Source: Nitrospirota bacterium (GTDB lineage: Bacteria; Nitrospirota; Nitrospiria; Nitrospirales; NS-4). Taken from it: a stretch of DNA of 64,000 nucleotides. Positions 42,851 to 54,446 of the stretch are shown piece by piece. The notes beneath the pieces were generated by a model. That model was not told the DNA's origin, made no database searches, and worked only from the letters and a program-made list of their open reading frames with translations. The stretch is taken from the NCBI GenBank assembly GCA_963788195.1, contig CAWBGA010000002.1, positions 160,001-224,000 of the forward strand, read 5' to 3'. Numbering within the stretch: the first letter of the stretch is position 1; each line of letters begins with the position of its first letter. A program made the translations under genes and the position numbers.

Positions 42851-44508
42851 TCACAGATTGTCCAGATACTGATGGACGAACGCCACTGCCATGGCGCCTT
42901 CGCCGACAGCGGAAGCTACGCGCTTCATCGAAGTGGAACGCACATCACCGGCGGCGAAGACTCCAGAGTGGCTGGTTTCCAGAAAATGGGGATGGCGCTT
43001 CGCGGTCCAGAACGGTGAATCCATCACGGCAGAGCCGGTCTTGATGAAGCCCTTTTCGTCGGTTTCGATTCCTTCAGGCAGCCAGTCAGTGTGTGGTACG
43101 GCACCAATGAGGGTGAAGACCGCAGGCGTCTCGATCATGCGGGTTTCCGCCGTGCGGTTGTTCTTGATTTGGATGGCCTCGAGGTGTCCATTACCCGTCA
43201 TCCTGCTGATCTCGGTGTTGGTCAAGACCTCGATGTTTTTCGTCTGCTCGATGCGGCGCGAGAGATACCGTGACATGTTCTTCCCCAAATCGTCGCCGCG
43301 TATCAGTAGAATTACTTTCCTTGCGTGCTCAGCCAGGAATACGGTCGCCTGGCCGGCAGCATTAGCGCCGCCCACGACGACAACCAGGGAGCCCTCGCAC
43401 ATCTGCGCTTCCATTGGTGTCGCGTCGTAATAGACGCCTACCCCCTCGAATTGTTCGAGCCCCTCGACTTCCAATCGGCAATACGAGGCGCCGGATGCAA
43501 TCAGAAGGCATTTGGCGGAGACACGCTTCTCGTTATCGAGATGGAGGACCGGGTAACCATTCTCGAATTCCAGTTTGCACACCTCGCACGGTGTAGAGAT
43601 CTGCGCGCCGAATTTCTGCGCCTGCAATACCATCTGACCGGCCAAGGTGCTGCCGGATAGGCCCATGGGAAAGCCGGGATAGTTCTCAATATTCGAGCTC
43701 GTGCCGGCTTGCCCGCCGGGCGCCTTCCGTTCCAGCACCACGGTACTCAGCCCTTCGGAGGCGCCGTACACGGCCGCGGCCAATCCCGAGGGTCCGGCCC
43801 CCACGATTGCAAGGTCATACGCGTCCTCTTTGAGCGTTTTCAGAATGCCCAACTTTTCAGCAAGTTCCCGGTTTGTAGGATTGCGCAGTGTCCACTCATT
43901 TCCAAACGCCACGACCGGGGTATCACCCTCACTGATTTTGAGCCGTTTGAGCAACTCCTCCATGTGTCGGTTCGTTCTCGATATCGGTCCACGAGAAGAA
44001 GACTCTGTTCTTGGCGAAGAAGTCACGAATGCGAAAGGTGTCGGCCGAAAAGCGCGAGCCGATCACCTGGAGCGGCGAAAGGTTCAAATCGCGCACGATC
44101 TGTGTGCGTGCGATCAAAGCCGCCAGAATGATGTTTCCCAACTTTGGCTCTTCATCGATCATGCGCCTGAGGGTTTCCGATGAGATCTCGAAAACCTCCA
44201 CATCGCCTTTCGCGATTTTGCTGAGGGTCGAGGCCCTCCCCGAGAGCAAATGGACTTCTCCCATAAGCTCTCTCGGCAGTCGCAATCGCTCAGAAGTTGT
44301 CGCTCCCCACTGGCAAAGTAGAGCGATTTCCACATTCCCCCGACCGGATGATGTGGCAATTTTGATCTCGTGCCCCCACCGCGACCAGCGTCTCGCCGTC
44401 TTTGTATGTTTTCAACGGGACGAATCGCTCCAGGATGCGGAGCTGGTCATCATCGAATTTCAGCTGGCTGATGGGGAACCGCGCTCGTATTTCCTGTTCG
44501 GTCAACAT
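42851..44508 (-). CDS. Cyclic-nucleotide-binding domain fused to a thioredoxin-reductase-like FAD oxidoreductase (frameshifted)
   Basis: cNMP-like YKDGETLV..G...IIRSG..MGEVHLL; IVGAGPSGL, GGQAG, IENYPGF, VVGGANAAGQA, GVFAAGDVR, KRVASAVGEG. Confidence 0.85.
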
Positions 44509-44709
44509 GAGTGACCCCCGCAAATGTGGATGGGTCCAGCATGATACTAAGGGCGCGGGCGTGAATCAATCCAAGGTCAGTCACCTTCATGACACCGGAA
44601 AGATGACCCACCCCCTGATCCCTCTTTCACATAAGCAAAGGACTTGGAAATAAGCGGGTGGCGTCCAGTGGCGTTCGCTTAACGCGGGTGGCGCCGGGAG
44701 GGGGCCCAC

Positions 44710-44821
44710 TTTTGCACCCGCCCACCCCGGCCGTCGCCAAGACGCGTCCTTTTCCGCGACTGCGCCTAGAGGCCAGTCTTCGCAGCGCGAAGCCGGCGGG
44801 GGAAACCGGCGGCAGCGACCC
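44710..44821. repeat. Long GCCAAGAC-family repeat, inverted copy of 39146-39248
   Basis: TTTTGCACCCGCCCACCCCGG...GCCAAGAC...CTAGAGGCCAGTCTTCGCAGC. Confidence 0.85.
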
Positions 44822-44858
44822 GGCGAAGCGCTGACCAACAGGACCCGCGATTGTACTA

Positions 44859-45152
44859 TTATCCGAGCTCTCCTATTATCTTGCGGTACTCGGTCTCCGG
44901 ATAGGCCCGTAGAGTGGTCGTGCGGACATTTCCGAGGGAGCCGATCTTTAGCAGGAACTTGGCCAGCGCGTCATCGTTTGGCATTTCCAGGATGAGCACA
45001 GCGTCATAGCTCCCCTGGAGCATGTAGAACGACTTTACCTCTCCGCCGATGTCTTTGACCGCCTTCTTTGCGGCGTCCACGCGCTTGGGAGAGTCTTTGA
45101 TGTTCTTGATCCCCTGATCCGTCCAGTTGAGGAGCATGAAGTAGGTGGACAT
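44859..45152 (-). CDS. GYD domain protein
   Basis: WTDQGIKNIK, GSYDAVL, GNVRTTTLRA; AGGAGG RBS. Confidence 0.9.
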   Translation of the reverse strand: MSTYFMLLNWTDQGIKNIKDSPKRVDAAKKAVKDIGGEVKSFYMLQGSYDAVLILEMPNDDALAKFLLKIGSLGNVRTTTLRAYPETEYRKIIGELG

Positions 45153-45176
45153 GGCGTACCTCCTGGTGTAATGCCG

Positions 45177-45749
45177 CTAGGCGCGAAGAGTGCGGAAGGT
45201 GACGGAGTAGCGGAGGCTTTTCACCGGAGGAATGCTGTGCTGCCACCTGCTGCGCGCGGCGCCGCTTAACACATACGCGGACCGTGGCTCGAGCGCAAGT
45301 GCGTAGGTTTCGCGGTTCGCGCCTTTGCCTCGCTGAAACCGCATCCGGCAGGGGGCCAACAGCGAGACCCCGGCTACATCAGGACCGAACATCGGCGCGT
45401 CCCGGTGCCAGCCGATGACGGCGCCTGGGGGGTATTGGGTGACCAGGACCTCCGCGATGGCGGCCGGTTCAGTTTTCAGCAACTCGGCCACGCGCGCCTG
45501 GAGAGGGATTAGAAACTCGGGGACAGGTGGGCCGGGCTCGACCCGCCAGGTTTCATAGCCGTAGACCAAGCCGAAATGGGCGACGCGGCGCTTCGCCGCG
45601 ATGCCGTGCATCCGGACCTCAGAGAATTCCAGCCCCTCGATCGCCTCGATGAGCCTGCATTCCTCGTCTCGGGTGATAAAGTCGGGATGGTACTGAATAC
45701 CCTCAGGGGCAGTGACGATGCTGAGTCTCAAAGGACTGGAATTCACCAT
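45177..45749 (-). CDS. AlkB-family 2OG-Fe(II) dioxygenase
   Basis: IGWHRD, WQHSI, RYSVTFR. Confidence 0.9.
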   Translation of the reverse strand: MVNSSPLRLSIVTAPEGIQYHPDFITRDEECRLIEAIEGLEFSEVRMHGIAAKRRVAHFGLVYGYETWRVEPGPPVPEFLIPLQARVAELLKTEPAAIAEVLVTQYPPGAVIGWHRDAPMFGPDVAGVSLLAPCRMRFQRGKGANRETYALALEPRSAYVLSGAARSRWQHSIPPVKSLRYSVTFRTLRA

Positions 45750-45754
45750 GGATG

Positions 45755-46595
45755 TTACCTTACTTTCGAACCTGCCTGCCCCATCATCTCGCTTAAGTCC
45801 TTGCGCGCGAAGCCCGCTGGTGGTCGAAACTCCGACGCCGGCAGCGACCGAGCCTCAGCCTTGGTCACCTCCACTGAGCTGCCGCTGCCGCTTCGGTCCA
45901 CGGTTTTCACGGCATATCCTTCATTCGCAAGTTTCCATGCGTTATCCTTCCCGAAGCCATGACGACTTTGACTGGCTCCACAGCCGGGCATCGCCGCCGT
46001 CAGCTCTGTCATAAGACGCTCCAGCTTTTTCGCGTCCAGCTCTTTCCACGCGGTGATGCTCTTGGCGATCCACAGCTCCGACTCCGGTTTCCCATCGGCC
46101 AGCACTTCATAGTTGATGGATGGATGGCCCGCAAGCGTAGCTTGCTGCCCGGTTTTCCGCATTTCGATCCGCGGCTCAGCGCAGGCTTCGGATTTCGGGT
46201 TGGCTTCCGGCATTCGCGAGCGCATCATCTTCTCCATCATCTCGACGCTGTTCCGGCGGTAGATCCTTTAATGCTTTATCCATGGCGCTTGTCGCGTTTT
46301 TCATGGCGCCCTGGATCATCTGTGCGTATTCCTGCACCTTGGCGGTTGAGTACGACCGGTCCCGATAATTAACTTGGGTGACCGTCTCATTATTCAGGTC
46401 CAGGACGAAGGCCATTTCGGGCTTGCCTTCCGGATTCAGCATAAGGGTCTTCATCTGGTTCGCCTGCATGGCTATCTGCTGTTTGCTTTCATTGCTTTGG
46501 CTCTTGACAGATTGATCGATGATCCATCCCGCCGATGCCTGGCTGGTCCATGCAATGCCGACGAGAATGCTCCACAGTACTCGATGTCGAATCAT
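45755..46595 (-). CDS. Exported DUF4412-like protein (frameshift near 46240)
   Basis: Signal peptide, KTGQQATLAGH, ELWIA, ASEFRPPAGF. Confidence 0.75.
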
Positions 46596-46627
46596 ATGGA
46601 ATCTCCTGACTTCAGCTTGTTGCGGTT

Positions 46628-46690
46628 AGGGGTAAAGGAATCTGTCCTGGCAGATTCCAGGGTTGGGCGGGTGCAATGGGCAAAAGGAAT
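46628..46690. repeat. GCCAAGAC-family hairpin repeat copy
   Basis: GGGGTAAAGGAATCTGTCCTGGCAGATTCCAGGGTTGGGCGGGTGCAATGGG. Confidence 0.88.
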
Positions 46691-46791
46691 GTCGGTGCAC
46701 ATGCCGAATTCTGAGCATAGCCGATCAGCAATCCCGACGGCAATCAGTCATGGCGGGGGCCCGATTCTTTCTGTTATGAAACAGTGAGTAT

Positions 46792-46989
46792 CTACTCTTC
46801 AATTTCCAATCTGAGCATTTTCCAGGTGCCGAGTGTTATGTTCGGGGGATCGCCCTCAATCCACTCTTCCTCATTTTGAGCGAACCGACGGTGCCAGCGA
46901 CTTGACCCTTCTCTTTTTATCTCCCAGATCTGTCCGTTTGGATCCCGCAAACGTACTGTCATTTCGTAATCTCCTTCGGTCTGGATCAT
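46792..46989 (-). CDS. Small hypothetical protein
   Basis: 65-aa Trp-rich ORF, GGGAG upstream. Confidence 0.4.
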   Translation of the reverse strand: MIQTEGDYEMTVRLRDPNGQIWEIKREGSSRWHRRFAQNEEEWIEGDPPNITLGTWKMLRLEIEE

Positions 46990-47535
46990 CGCGATAGGTG
47001 CTCCCTTATATTCTTTTTAAAATAAGCCTCCGTCCTCAGTTCACACACCTCCACATGTGCTCGGTCAGATAAAAGTCGACAAACACCTCTCTCACCATTA
47101 AGCCGTTACATTTTTTACACGTCATGATCATCCCTCCCGCATCGGACAATCTCCCGCGCCAAACTCCCCCAGGTTATCGACGCAGTATCGCGTGCGCATC
47201 AAATCGTCGTTACGACCTTGTTAATCCTGTATTAGAAGGTGCGCATGACAGCTCATAAGCACAGAACCATAAAAAGTAACGGCGGCTTAACAGAAGTTCC
47301 TTCGTAAGAAACGTCTGGTACCCATGGTCTGGTCGTCATGTCAGTCAAAGGGTGATCTAACGGAACAACAGGGAGGAGGGTATGATGAGGTTACATACCA
47401 GACGATGTATGACCGCCACGACCGCTTGTGTGTGCGCATTGTCGGGTACGCTTTTTAGTCAAGCAGGCAAGTGCGACATAGGCGCATTTTGCGGCGAAGG
47501 CGGAGCCTTGGTAATCTGGCCGAATATTATTTATC

Positions 47536-47784
47536 TTATTGACTTGCTGGCGGGGTTGGCTCGTCGACAGGGATGCGGCCTATTTGCTTTTCCATGGCGT
47601 CGTTCACCTTATTTCTCACGCCGTCGATTACGGTTTTGGGCTGAGAGTGGGTGATGTCTGGCTGAACCGCATGCTCCTTGACCCAAAATTCGTAGATCGC
47701 GAAACCAACGGCTACTACCACGATCACGAATCCCAAGAGAACATCGATCCGGCCGCGTTCATTTCGCATAAATCTTCTCATCAA
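47536..47784 (-). CDS. Small single-TM protein with a prepilin-like leader
   Basis: RFMRNERG followed by a hydrophobic helix. Confidence 0.55.
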   Translation of the reverse strand: MMRRFMRNERGRIDVLLGFVIVVVAVGFAIYEFWVKEHAVQPDITHSQPKTVIDGVRNKVNDAMEKQIGRIPVDEPTPPASQ

Positions 47785-47814
47785 GATAATCCTTTGTTAA
47801 ATCCCTTTTCCCCT

Positions 47815-48047
47815 CTGCACCCGCCCACCAAGCCGAGCTTGCTCGACATTGCACCCGGCCCACCCTCGAGCTCGCCAAGACGAGCTCATCCTCCCGTGGT
47901 GGCCTGATGATCATGTAAGGCCGCCGGGATAGTCTCTTCGCATTGATTGGAACACTTCATTGCCTCCGCCCTGAAATCCTATTTCACCCACCCACCCCGG
48001 CGCTGCCAAGACAGCGCCTTGACCCGTGAGACAGATTCCTTTTCCCC
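47815..48047. repeat. Mosaic cluster of GCCAAGAC-family repeats
   Basis: GAGCTC-GCCAAGAC-GAGCTC and GGCGCT-GCCAAGAC-AGCGCC hairpins after CACCC tracts. Confidence 0.85.
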
Positions 48048-48058
48048 TCAGGCAATGC

Positions 48059-49616
48059 TCAGGTCTTGCCGGCGCGAATCTTTTCGTTCAGAGTGTCGAT
48101 CCACCGGCGCTGGAATTCCTCATAGGGGAAAAACAGCCGATCCTGCATTGCGGCGGCAATCGATTGGCCGTTGGCCAACGCGCCGATCAGTTCGCGAACT
48201 TTCTGCAAGCCGAAGCGCTCGACAAGATAGACCGTAGCGGAATTTCCTTCCAGGTAAGCCACCATTGCAAGCTTGGGCGGCAAAGCGCCCCAGGGACCTT
48301 CGAGATAGCTCAAGGGGATTAACTGAACCTCTCCCCGTATCAATTCAGGAATATCAGCCAAGGGGTCTCCGGCAAATTGCATCGCGAGGCCTTCATTGAG
48401 CCACGTGGGAATCGCGCCAACTCTGCCCCCTACCTTGTCGTGCAGCAGCGCATGGACGAATTCATGGCGCAGCACCCGCGTTAACCAGACTTGATCAGTC
48501 AACGCGCCGTTAGTTGGGATTTTAATGCGTCCTAGGAGCGGATCGAACAGGCCGTCGGACCACGCGGGTCCCCCCGTTGAGTTATGAAAAGATTCCTTGG
48601 TCAGCAGAACGACCGTAATCGGCTTCGATGGGTAGTGTCCCAACTCGCGGCCGATCTCCTGGTACGCCTCCTCAAGTATCTCGAGTACCCGGTTCCAGAT
48701 CTCATAGTCGTCGCCCCCTTCGAACTTTACTTGAAAGTGAGAACTCTGGCGGTTGAGAAGCGGTTGCTCGGCTTTCGACGCTGCTTTGAGTCTGCTTGAG
48801 AGGGACTTCACCGCGGATTGGACGTCGGGATATCGGCTCACCAATGCCGCAGCATAATCCAGATGCGTGGTAGCGCCGTCAAAATCGTCCTTTTTGTAAT
48901 GGATCTCGGCGAGGGCTAAGTGCAGCCATGGATCGTCGGTGACAACCACGAGCGCCTTCTCCAAGAAGTCTCGGGTCAGGCCGGGATCTTTGAGTTCGAT
49001 GTAGAGCCGTCCAAGGTTTCGGTAGGCCTCGGGCTGCGTGGAGTCAATCGAGAGAGCAGTCTTAAACGCCGCCATCCCTGAACCGGCGCCTTTCGCCCTC
49101 TGTTGGACGCCAAGGTTGTTCCAAAGAACTCCCGCAAACTGCTGGATGCGCCGCTCACTGAAGGCCTCCGTGGGCAGCGTCTTTAACTTCGTCTCGGCTT
49201 CATTCTCTTTGCCCTCTTCAAGATTGATACGGACGGCGTCCAGGGTACTGGCATACACGGACGCGGGAACTATCCCTGCCGAGGCAATCCTAATTTCACT
49301 ATCTTTTGGAGCTAGAGAATTCTTCAGCAACAGCGCCGCGCTCAACGAGTCCGACGAGAGAGGCTGATTTTCGGGGGCTGAGCGCCTCGGGATCGGGGAG
49401 CGCCGCGTCATGGTGCGTGATCTTCCACCCAATGGGGATGGCGACGGCCATGATCAGGGCTAGAAACACGCTGACTACACGGAGATTTCGTCGTCGCCGA
49501 TTTCGCTTTTCGGCCGACTTGGGGTCTTCCGTGTTCCCCTTCCAAAGACCTAACTCATCGGGAGGAAGAATCTCAATGCTTCTTCCCGAGCCTTCTGAGC
49601 TGCGTTTGCGCGTCAT
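48059..49616 (-). CDS. Membrane-anchored TPR protein with C-terminal peptidase MA (gluzincin) domain (frameshift near 49400)
   Basis: TM in ORF 49299-49616; TPR-like WNNLGV, AYRNLG, HLALAE; HEFVH...WLNEGLA. Confidence 0.85.
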
Positions 49617-49626
49617 GGTGAGGTGC

Positions 49627-49914
49627 CTAGCGCATGTCCAGGCGCGGACCGGCCTTGATCGCGATTTTCACCCACTTCTTTTCAGGCGGGTAGCCGATCA
49701 CTTCACGGCCATTGACGACCACCAACGGGACGCGAGCGCCGTAGCGCTCTATCAGTTTCGCATCGGTCTGGATGTCAATCACGGTCAGATTGAACGGAAG
49801 GGTTTGTTGGACTTCATCGAGGTACGCCTTGGCCTCGTCACAGAGCGGACAGTCCGGTTTTGTATACAATGTGACATCGGGGATCGGAGACTTGCGCTTC
49901 CAGACACCGAACAT
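49627..49914 (-). CDS. Glutaredoxin-like protein (DUF836)
   Basis: LYTKPDCPLCDEA, RVPLVVVNG. Confidence 0.88.
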   Translation of the reverse strand: MFGVWKRKSPIPDVTLYTKPDCPLCDEAKAYLDEVQQTLPFNLTVIDIQTDAKLIERYGARVPLVVVNGREVIGYPPEKKWVKIAIKAGPRLDMR

Positions 49915-50121
49915 GCCGGCGATTGTAACAAATTAGTGTGCGTCCAGGTCAATAAATGCATGATTTCACCTACATATTAACCTTATTATGGCTCGGAGTC
50001 GAGAAAAGCTTACAATCTCAACGGATTTTATGATTTTTTCTTGCGGGCGGTTTAGAATGAGGTAATGGGTAAGACCCAATTTGAGAGGGATTCGCGGAGA
50101 TAGGTAACCAGCAGGATCTGT

Positions 50122-50571
50122 ATGGAAGATAACTTGTCCCAGACTAACGTAGTGGACCCCGACTGGGCGGCCGTTTGCGCGCGCCTGCGCAACAGTCTGC
50201 CTTCCTTCTACGAACTCGAACCTGGAGGGGCTTTAATGATGGATCTCGGCGAAGAGGGCTGGCTGTTGGAGCTCACGCCTGATCGCCGACTGCTCTGCCA
50301 GATGGGCATGGACTTGGAAGATATCAAGAGCCTCATGTCCGATGGGACGCCTGAAGATCTTGGAACGGATGAGGTCGCAAAGCAGGTGAAGTACTATATC
50401 CAGCCGGCCGTGTCAAAGTTTCGGCAACGACTGCGCGACGCCGGTTTCGAAGAGACTACGGAGATGAACGACGATTATGTCGCGGCCATATTTCACAAAG
50501 ACGTGGACTTTGCAAAACCAGATGAGATTGAACACGCCATCCAGTGGTGTCGAAAGCAATTTGGGGCGTAA
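50122..50571 (+). CDS. Acidic hypothetical protein
   Basis: 149-aa ORF, AGGA RBS. Confidence 0.7.
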   Translation: MEDNLSQTNVVDPDWAAVCARLRNSLPSFYELEPGGALMMDLGEEGWLLELTPDRRLLCQMGMDLEDIKSLMSDGTPEDLGTDEVAKQVKYYIQPAVSKFRQRLRDAGFEETTEMNDDYVAAIFHKDVDFAKPDEIEHAIQWCRKQFGA

Positions 50572-50587
50572 CTTGGGGTCTGACAAA

Positions 50588-51423
<836 letters not shown>

Positions 51424-51435
51424 GGTGCACCTCCG

Positions 51436-51605
51436 AGAAGGCCCGGTCTTGCGCAATGCGGGCTTCGGTGGCCCAGGCGACTGTACGGGCTCCTTCTGGT
51501 AACGGGCGTGACGACCTGGCTGAGCGACGGTCTCAGAGGACCCAGGATGAGTCGGTCTATCACGCCCTGGTTGTTGATGCACCATAGGATCCATCAGTGA
51601 GGATC
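51436..51605 (-). ncRNA. Predicted bridge RNA: 5' hairpin, target-binding loop (51504-51567), donor-binding loop (51436-51497)
   Basis: Two stems with large internal loops; loop segments ACUCAUCCU/CGCUCAG and ACAGUCGC/GCGCAAG. Confidence 0.75.
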
Positions 51606-51615
51606 AAGATACAAG

Positions 51616-51665
51616 GATGACAAGCAAAGGATTCAGGATGACAGGCGAAGTGTTCAGAATGACAA
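51616..51665. repeat. Tandem REP half-units flanking the IS110 left end
   Basis: Minus strand TGTCATTCTGAAC..TGTCATCCTGAAT..TGTCATC(CT), about 21-nt period. Confidence 0.8.
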
Positions 51666-51689
51666 AAGCTTCGCGGGGGACCCGCGGTC

Positions 51690-52565
51690 CTAGCTTGCGG
51701 AATCATCCTTCGTCTTGTATTTCTCGGCGAGCTTGTAGTAGCCTTCCAGATCGATAATTTCGTGAAATTGCTGGAAGGGCAGCAGGCGGTCCAAGGCATC
51801 TCGCGTCGTCCCGTGACTCTTGATCAGATTGAACATGTCCTGCATGGCTTTCGCTGAGGCGTAGAGCGCCGTGAGCGGGCAGACGATGAGCTGAAATCCG
51901 ATCTGTTCCAGCTCATCTTTCGTCAACAAGGGCGTGACGCCGCCCTCCAGCATGTTGGCGACCAATGGGCCGGATAGTTCCTTTGCAATCCTTACCAACT
52001 CCTCTTTGCTTCGAGGCGCCTCGATAAACAGAGCGTCCGCGCCTGCTTCTTTATATCCCTGGCAACGCTCGATCGCGTCCTCAAGGTTGACTACCTGGCG
52101 CGCATCGGTGCGGGCCACAATGAAGAAGTCGCGCTTGCCGCGAGCATCCACCGCCGCCCGTATCTTCTGTATATGCTCCTCAGGCGGAATCACGCGCTTG
52201 CCCTTCATGTGTCCGCATCGTTTAGGCCAGACCTGGTCTTCCAAAAACATCCCGGCGGCGCCGGCCTCGATCAATTCGTTCACCGTGCGGATGACATTGA
52301 GCGCATTGCCGTAGCCCGTATCGGCATCAATGATGATGGGAATCTTGACCGAGGCGCAGACTCGACGCGCGGTGCTGATCATCTCGGTCTGGGTCAGATA
52401 TCCGAAGTCCGGCAACCCGAGATGCGTCGCGGCCACGCTGTATCCGGAAATAAAACTGAGGGGGAAACCGGCTCGCTCGACAAGCTTGGCGCTCAGCGCA
52501 TCGTACACGCCGGGGAAAATCAGGGTGCCATGCTTTTTTAACAGCGCCGAGACGCGAGATTCCAT
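51690..52565 (-). CDS. Isocitrate lyase/PEP mutase family enzyme (methylisocitrate lyase-like)
   Basis: GVYDALSA, GLPDFG, DADTGYG, LEDQVWPKRCGH, ARTDA. Confidence 0.9.
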   Translation of the reverse strand: MESRVSALLKKHGTLIFPGVYDALSAKLVERAGFPLSFISGYSVAATHLGLPDFGYLTQTEMISTARRVCASVKIPIIIDADTGYGNALNVIRTVNELIEAGAAGMFLEDQVWPKRCGHMKGKRVIPPEEHIQKIRAAVDARGKRDFFIVARTDARQVVNLEDAIERCQGYKEAGADALFIEAPRSKEELVRIAKELSGPLVANMLEGGVTPLLTKDELEQIGFQLIVCPLTALYASAKAMQDMFNLIKSHGTTRDALDRLLPFQQFHEIIDLEGYYKLAEKYKTKDDSAS

Positions 52566-52729
52566 GATGTGCCTCCGCGATCAATACAGGTTTCGCGAGC
52601 CGTGGCAATTTTAGTGGTCGTCCCCGAATCGGTCAACAGCTATACTTTCTTGCGGTGTTCTTTACAGCAGAATTGCGCTAGAACTGCAGAGATCTGAAAT
52701 TTCGTCTCACAAGCCTGGAGGATCTACTA

Positions 52730-53210
52730 ATGAAACAGACCAAAATACTGCTTGCCGTGTTGTCTATTATGGTGGTCAGTATGATCGGGTGCAGCGGCTA
52801 TCACCAAGGCAGGCCGGGGACTTCTGGAGAGCCTGCTTCGCAGGAGGTTGTTTCGCAGGTTAAACGGCTGGTTGAGGAGAATGTGAAGGATCCGGACAAG
52901 GCCAGTCAGGTCCAAGGGTTGATCCAGGACATTGTCAAAGAGGTCAAAAGATCAGGCGCAAGAGACACGCGGGTTTCACGAGCAATTGGCTGTTTTGAAC
53001 GCCAACTATGACGCGCCGCCGGAGCAATTCACAAAGATCCTGGATGAATTGAACAACACCAGGATGGAGAGCGCGGCAAAAATCCTCAAAACAAGATTCA
53101 AGGTCAAGGAGATTCTCACTCGCGAAGAATGGAAGAATCTGAACGAGGCCATGCTGAAAGCACGGCAAACGCATGAACAACGACCCCCGTCGACGTCCGA
53201 CAGGTATTGA
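52730..53210 (+). CDS. Helical lipoprotein (frameshift near 52950)
   Basis: GGAGG RBS, lipobox MIG-C; continues in ORF 52932-53210 (ILTREEWKNL). Confidence 0.7.
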
Positions 53211-53227
53211 CGGGCTTCAGTAATCTC

Positions 53228-53690
53228 CTACTCGGGATGTGAGAAGAGTTGTCCAAGGAATTCTCTTTGCCTGCTTGTAAATGCCGGGGCATTTCGATTC
53301 CCGGGGTCCCGCAACGTTTAGAATGCGCACGTTATGTTCCTGGACCCAAGACAGTACAGCCGCGGTGGTTGCCTCATCCTTGGAGAGATCCAGAACGAGG
53401 CAAGGCTTACCAAGACCGCCGCGCAGTCGTAATTGTGTATGCGGTGCCTTCGGAAGCGCGGCCGCGCGTTAAGACGAGCGTTCCGTCGGAGTCACGAACA
53501 TTCCATTCGGTCCGCTGCGCATACTCGCCGGTCGGTGTTTCTTTCAGCGGGTAGTAGTCCGCAAGTCGACCGTCTTCTGCCTTCCTGCCTTGGGGGCACC
53601 ATCCCGAGGACGCGATCCCAAGTTCACGGGCGACATCCAACGCGGCGCGATCGACTCCCGTCTGCCCACCGGAAACTAGTTTTATAACCA
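53228..53690 (-). CDS. Putative molybdenum-carrier / cpYpsA SLOG-family protein (frameshifted)
   Basis: [47 protein letters not shown]. Confidence 0.85.
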
Positions 53691-53708
53691 GTTTTTCTCC
53701 AAAGGAAG

Positions 53709-54330
53709 TTAGAAGGGTTTCTGGGCCACCCCTTGATACATGTAGCCGGCCATCTTCAGCGCACCTTCGAGATAGAAGTTCTTGAGACTTTTGATGACGA
53801 ATGGGTGCGCCTCGAGGGGAGTTCGTATGTTCCGGTTAAGGTGGCACCCATCGCCAAGGATTTTTGAGACTGGTGTGAACCGGTCTTGCCAGATGCGTAC
53901 CTTCGGGTCGGGGCTTTGTCCGTGTTCAAAGAAAAGAAACCGGCCGCCTGGCCTGAGGACGCGATAGACCTCTCCAGTCGCGCGCGCGGCGTCCGGAACA
54001 CTACACAAGGTCAGGGTGCTTACCACCGTATCGAATGCATGGTCCGGGCAGCGCCAGCGCCTCCGCACTTAATACCCTCATGTCCACGCACACCGGAGAA
54101 GCCTGGATGCGCTGTCGCGCGTGAGCGGTCATGCCGGGATTGGGATCCGCGGTTGTGAGTTTCCTGACGGCGCTGGGATAAAATGGAAGATTCACCCCTG
54201 TCCCAAAGCCGATTTCCAATACGTCGCCGGTTGCTTCCGATAAGACCTCTTGCCGAATCCGATTCAATACCTCGCGGTCCATGGCCCAATCCATGAGCCA
54301 TGGAAAGATCCTCCTGGAGTAGAAGGACAT
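53709..54330 (-). CDS. Class I SAM-dependent methyltransferase (frameshift near 54045)
   Basis: [42 protein letters not shown]. Confidence 0.9.
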
Positions 54331-54335
54331 TCACT

Positions 54336-54430
54336 CATTGCACCCACCCTGCCCCGCGGCATGCCGGGACAGCCGTTCCTGCCCATGGGACAGGCTTTTG
54401 TCCCGTGGGACGAAACTCCTTTGCCCCTAT
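54336..54430. repeat. Degenerate GCCAAGAC-family repeat copy
   Basis: CATTGCACCCACCC...GACAGGCTTTTGTCCCGTGGGAC...CTCCTTTGCCCC. Confidence 0.75.
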
Positions 54431-54446
54431 TGCGCACGAAGAACGT

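Noticed and set aside
47382..47654. 90-aa ORF with a GGAGG RBS
   Set aside because: It overlaps a more plausible minus-strand gene and shows no recognisable motif.
51575..51590. Alternative IS110 left end at GGATC-CT-ATGG
   Set aside because: The TGTCATC-CT-TGTAT junction at 51609-51622 fits both the target and donor guides better and keeps the 5' hairpin inside the element.
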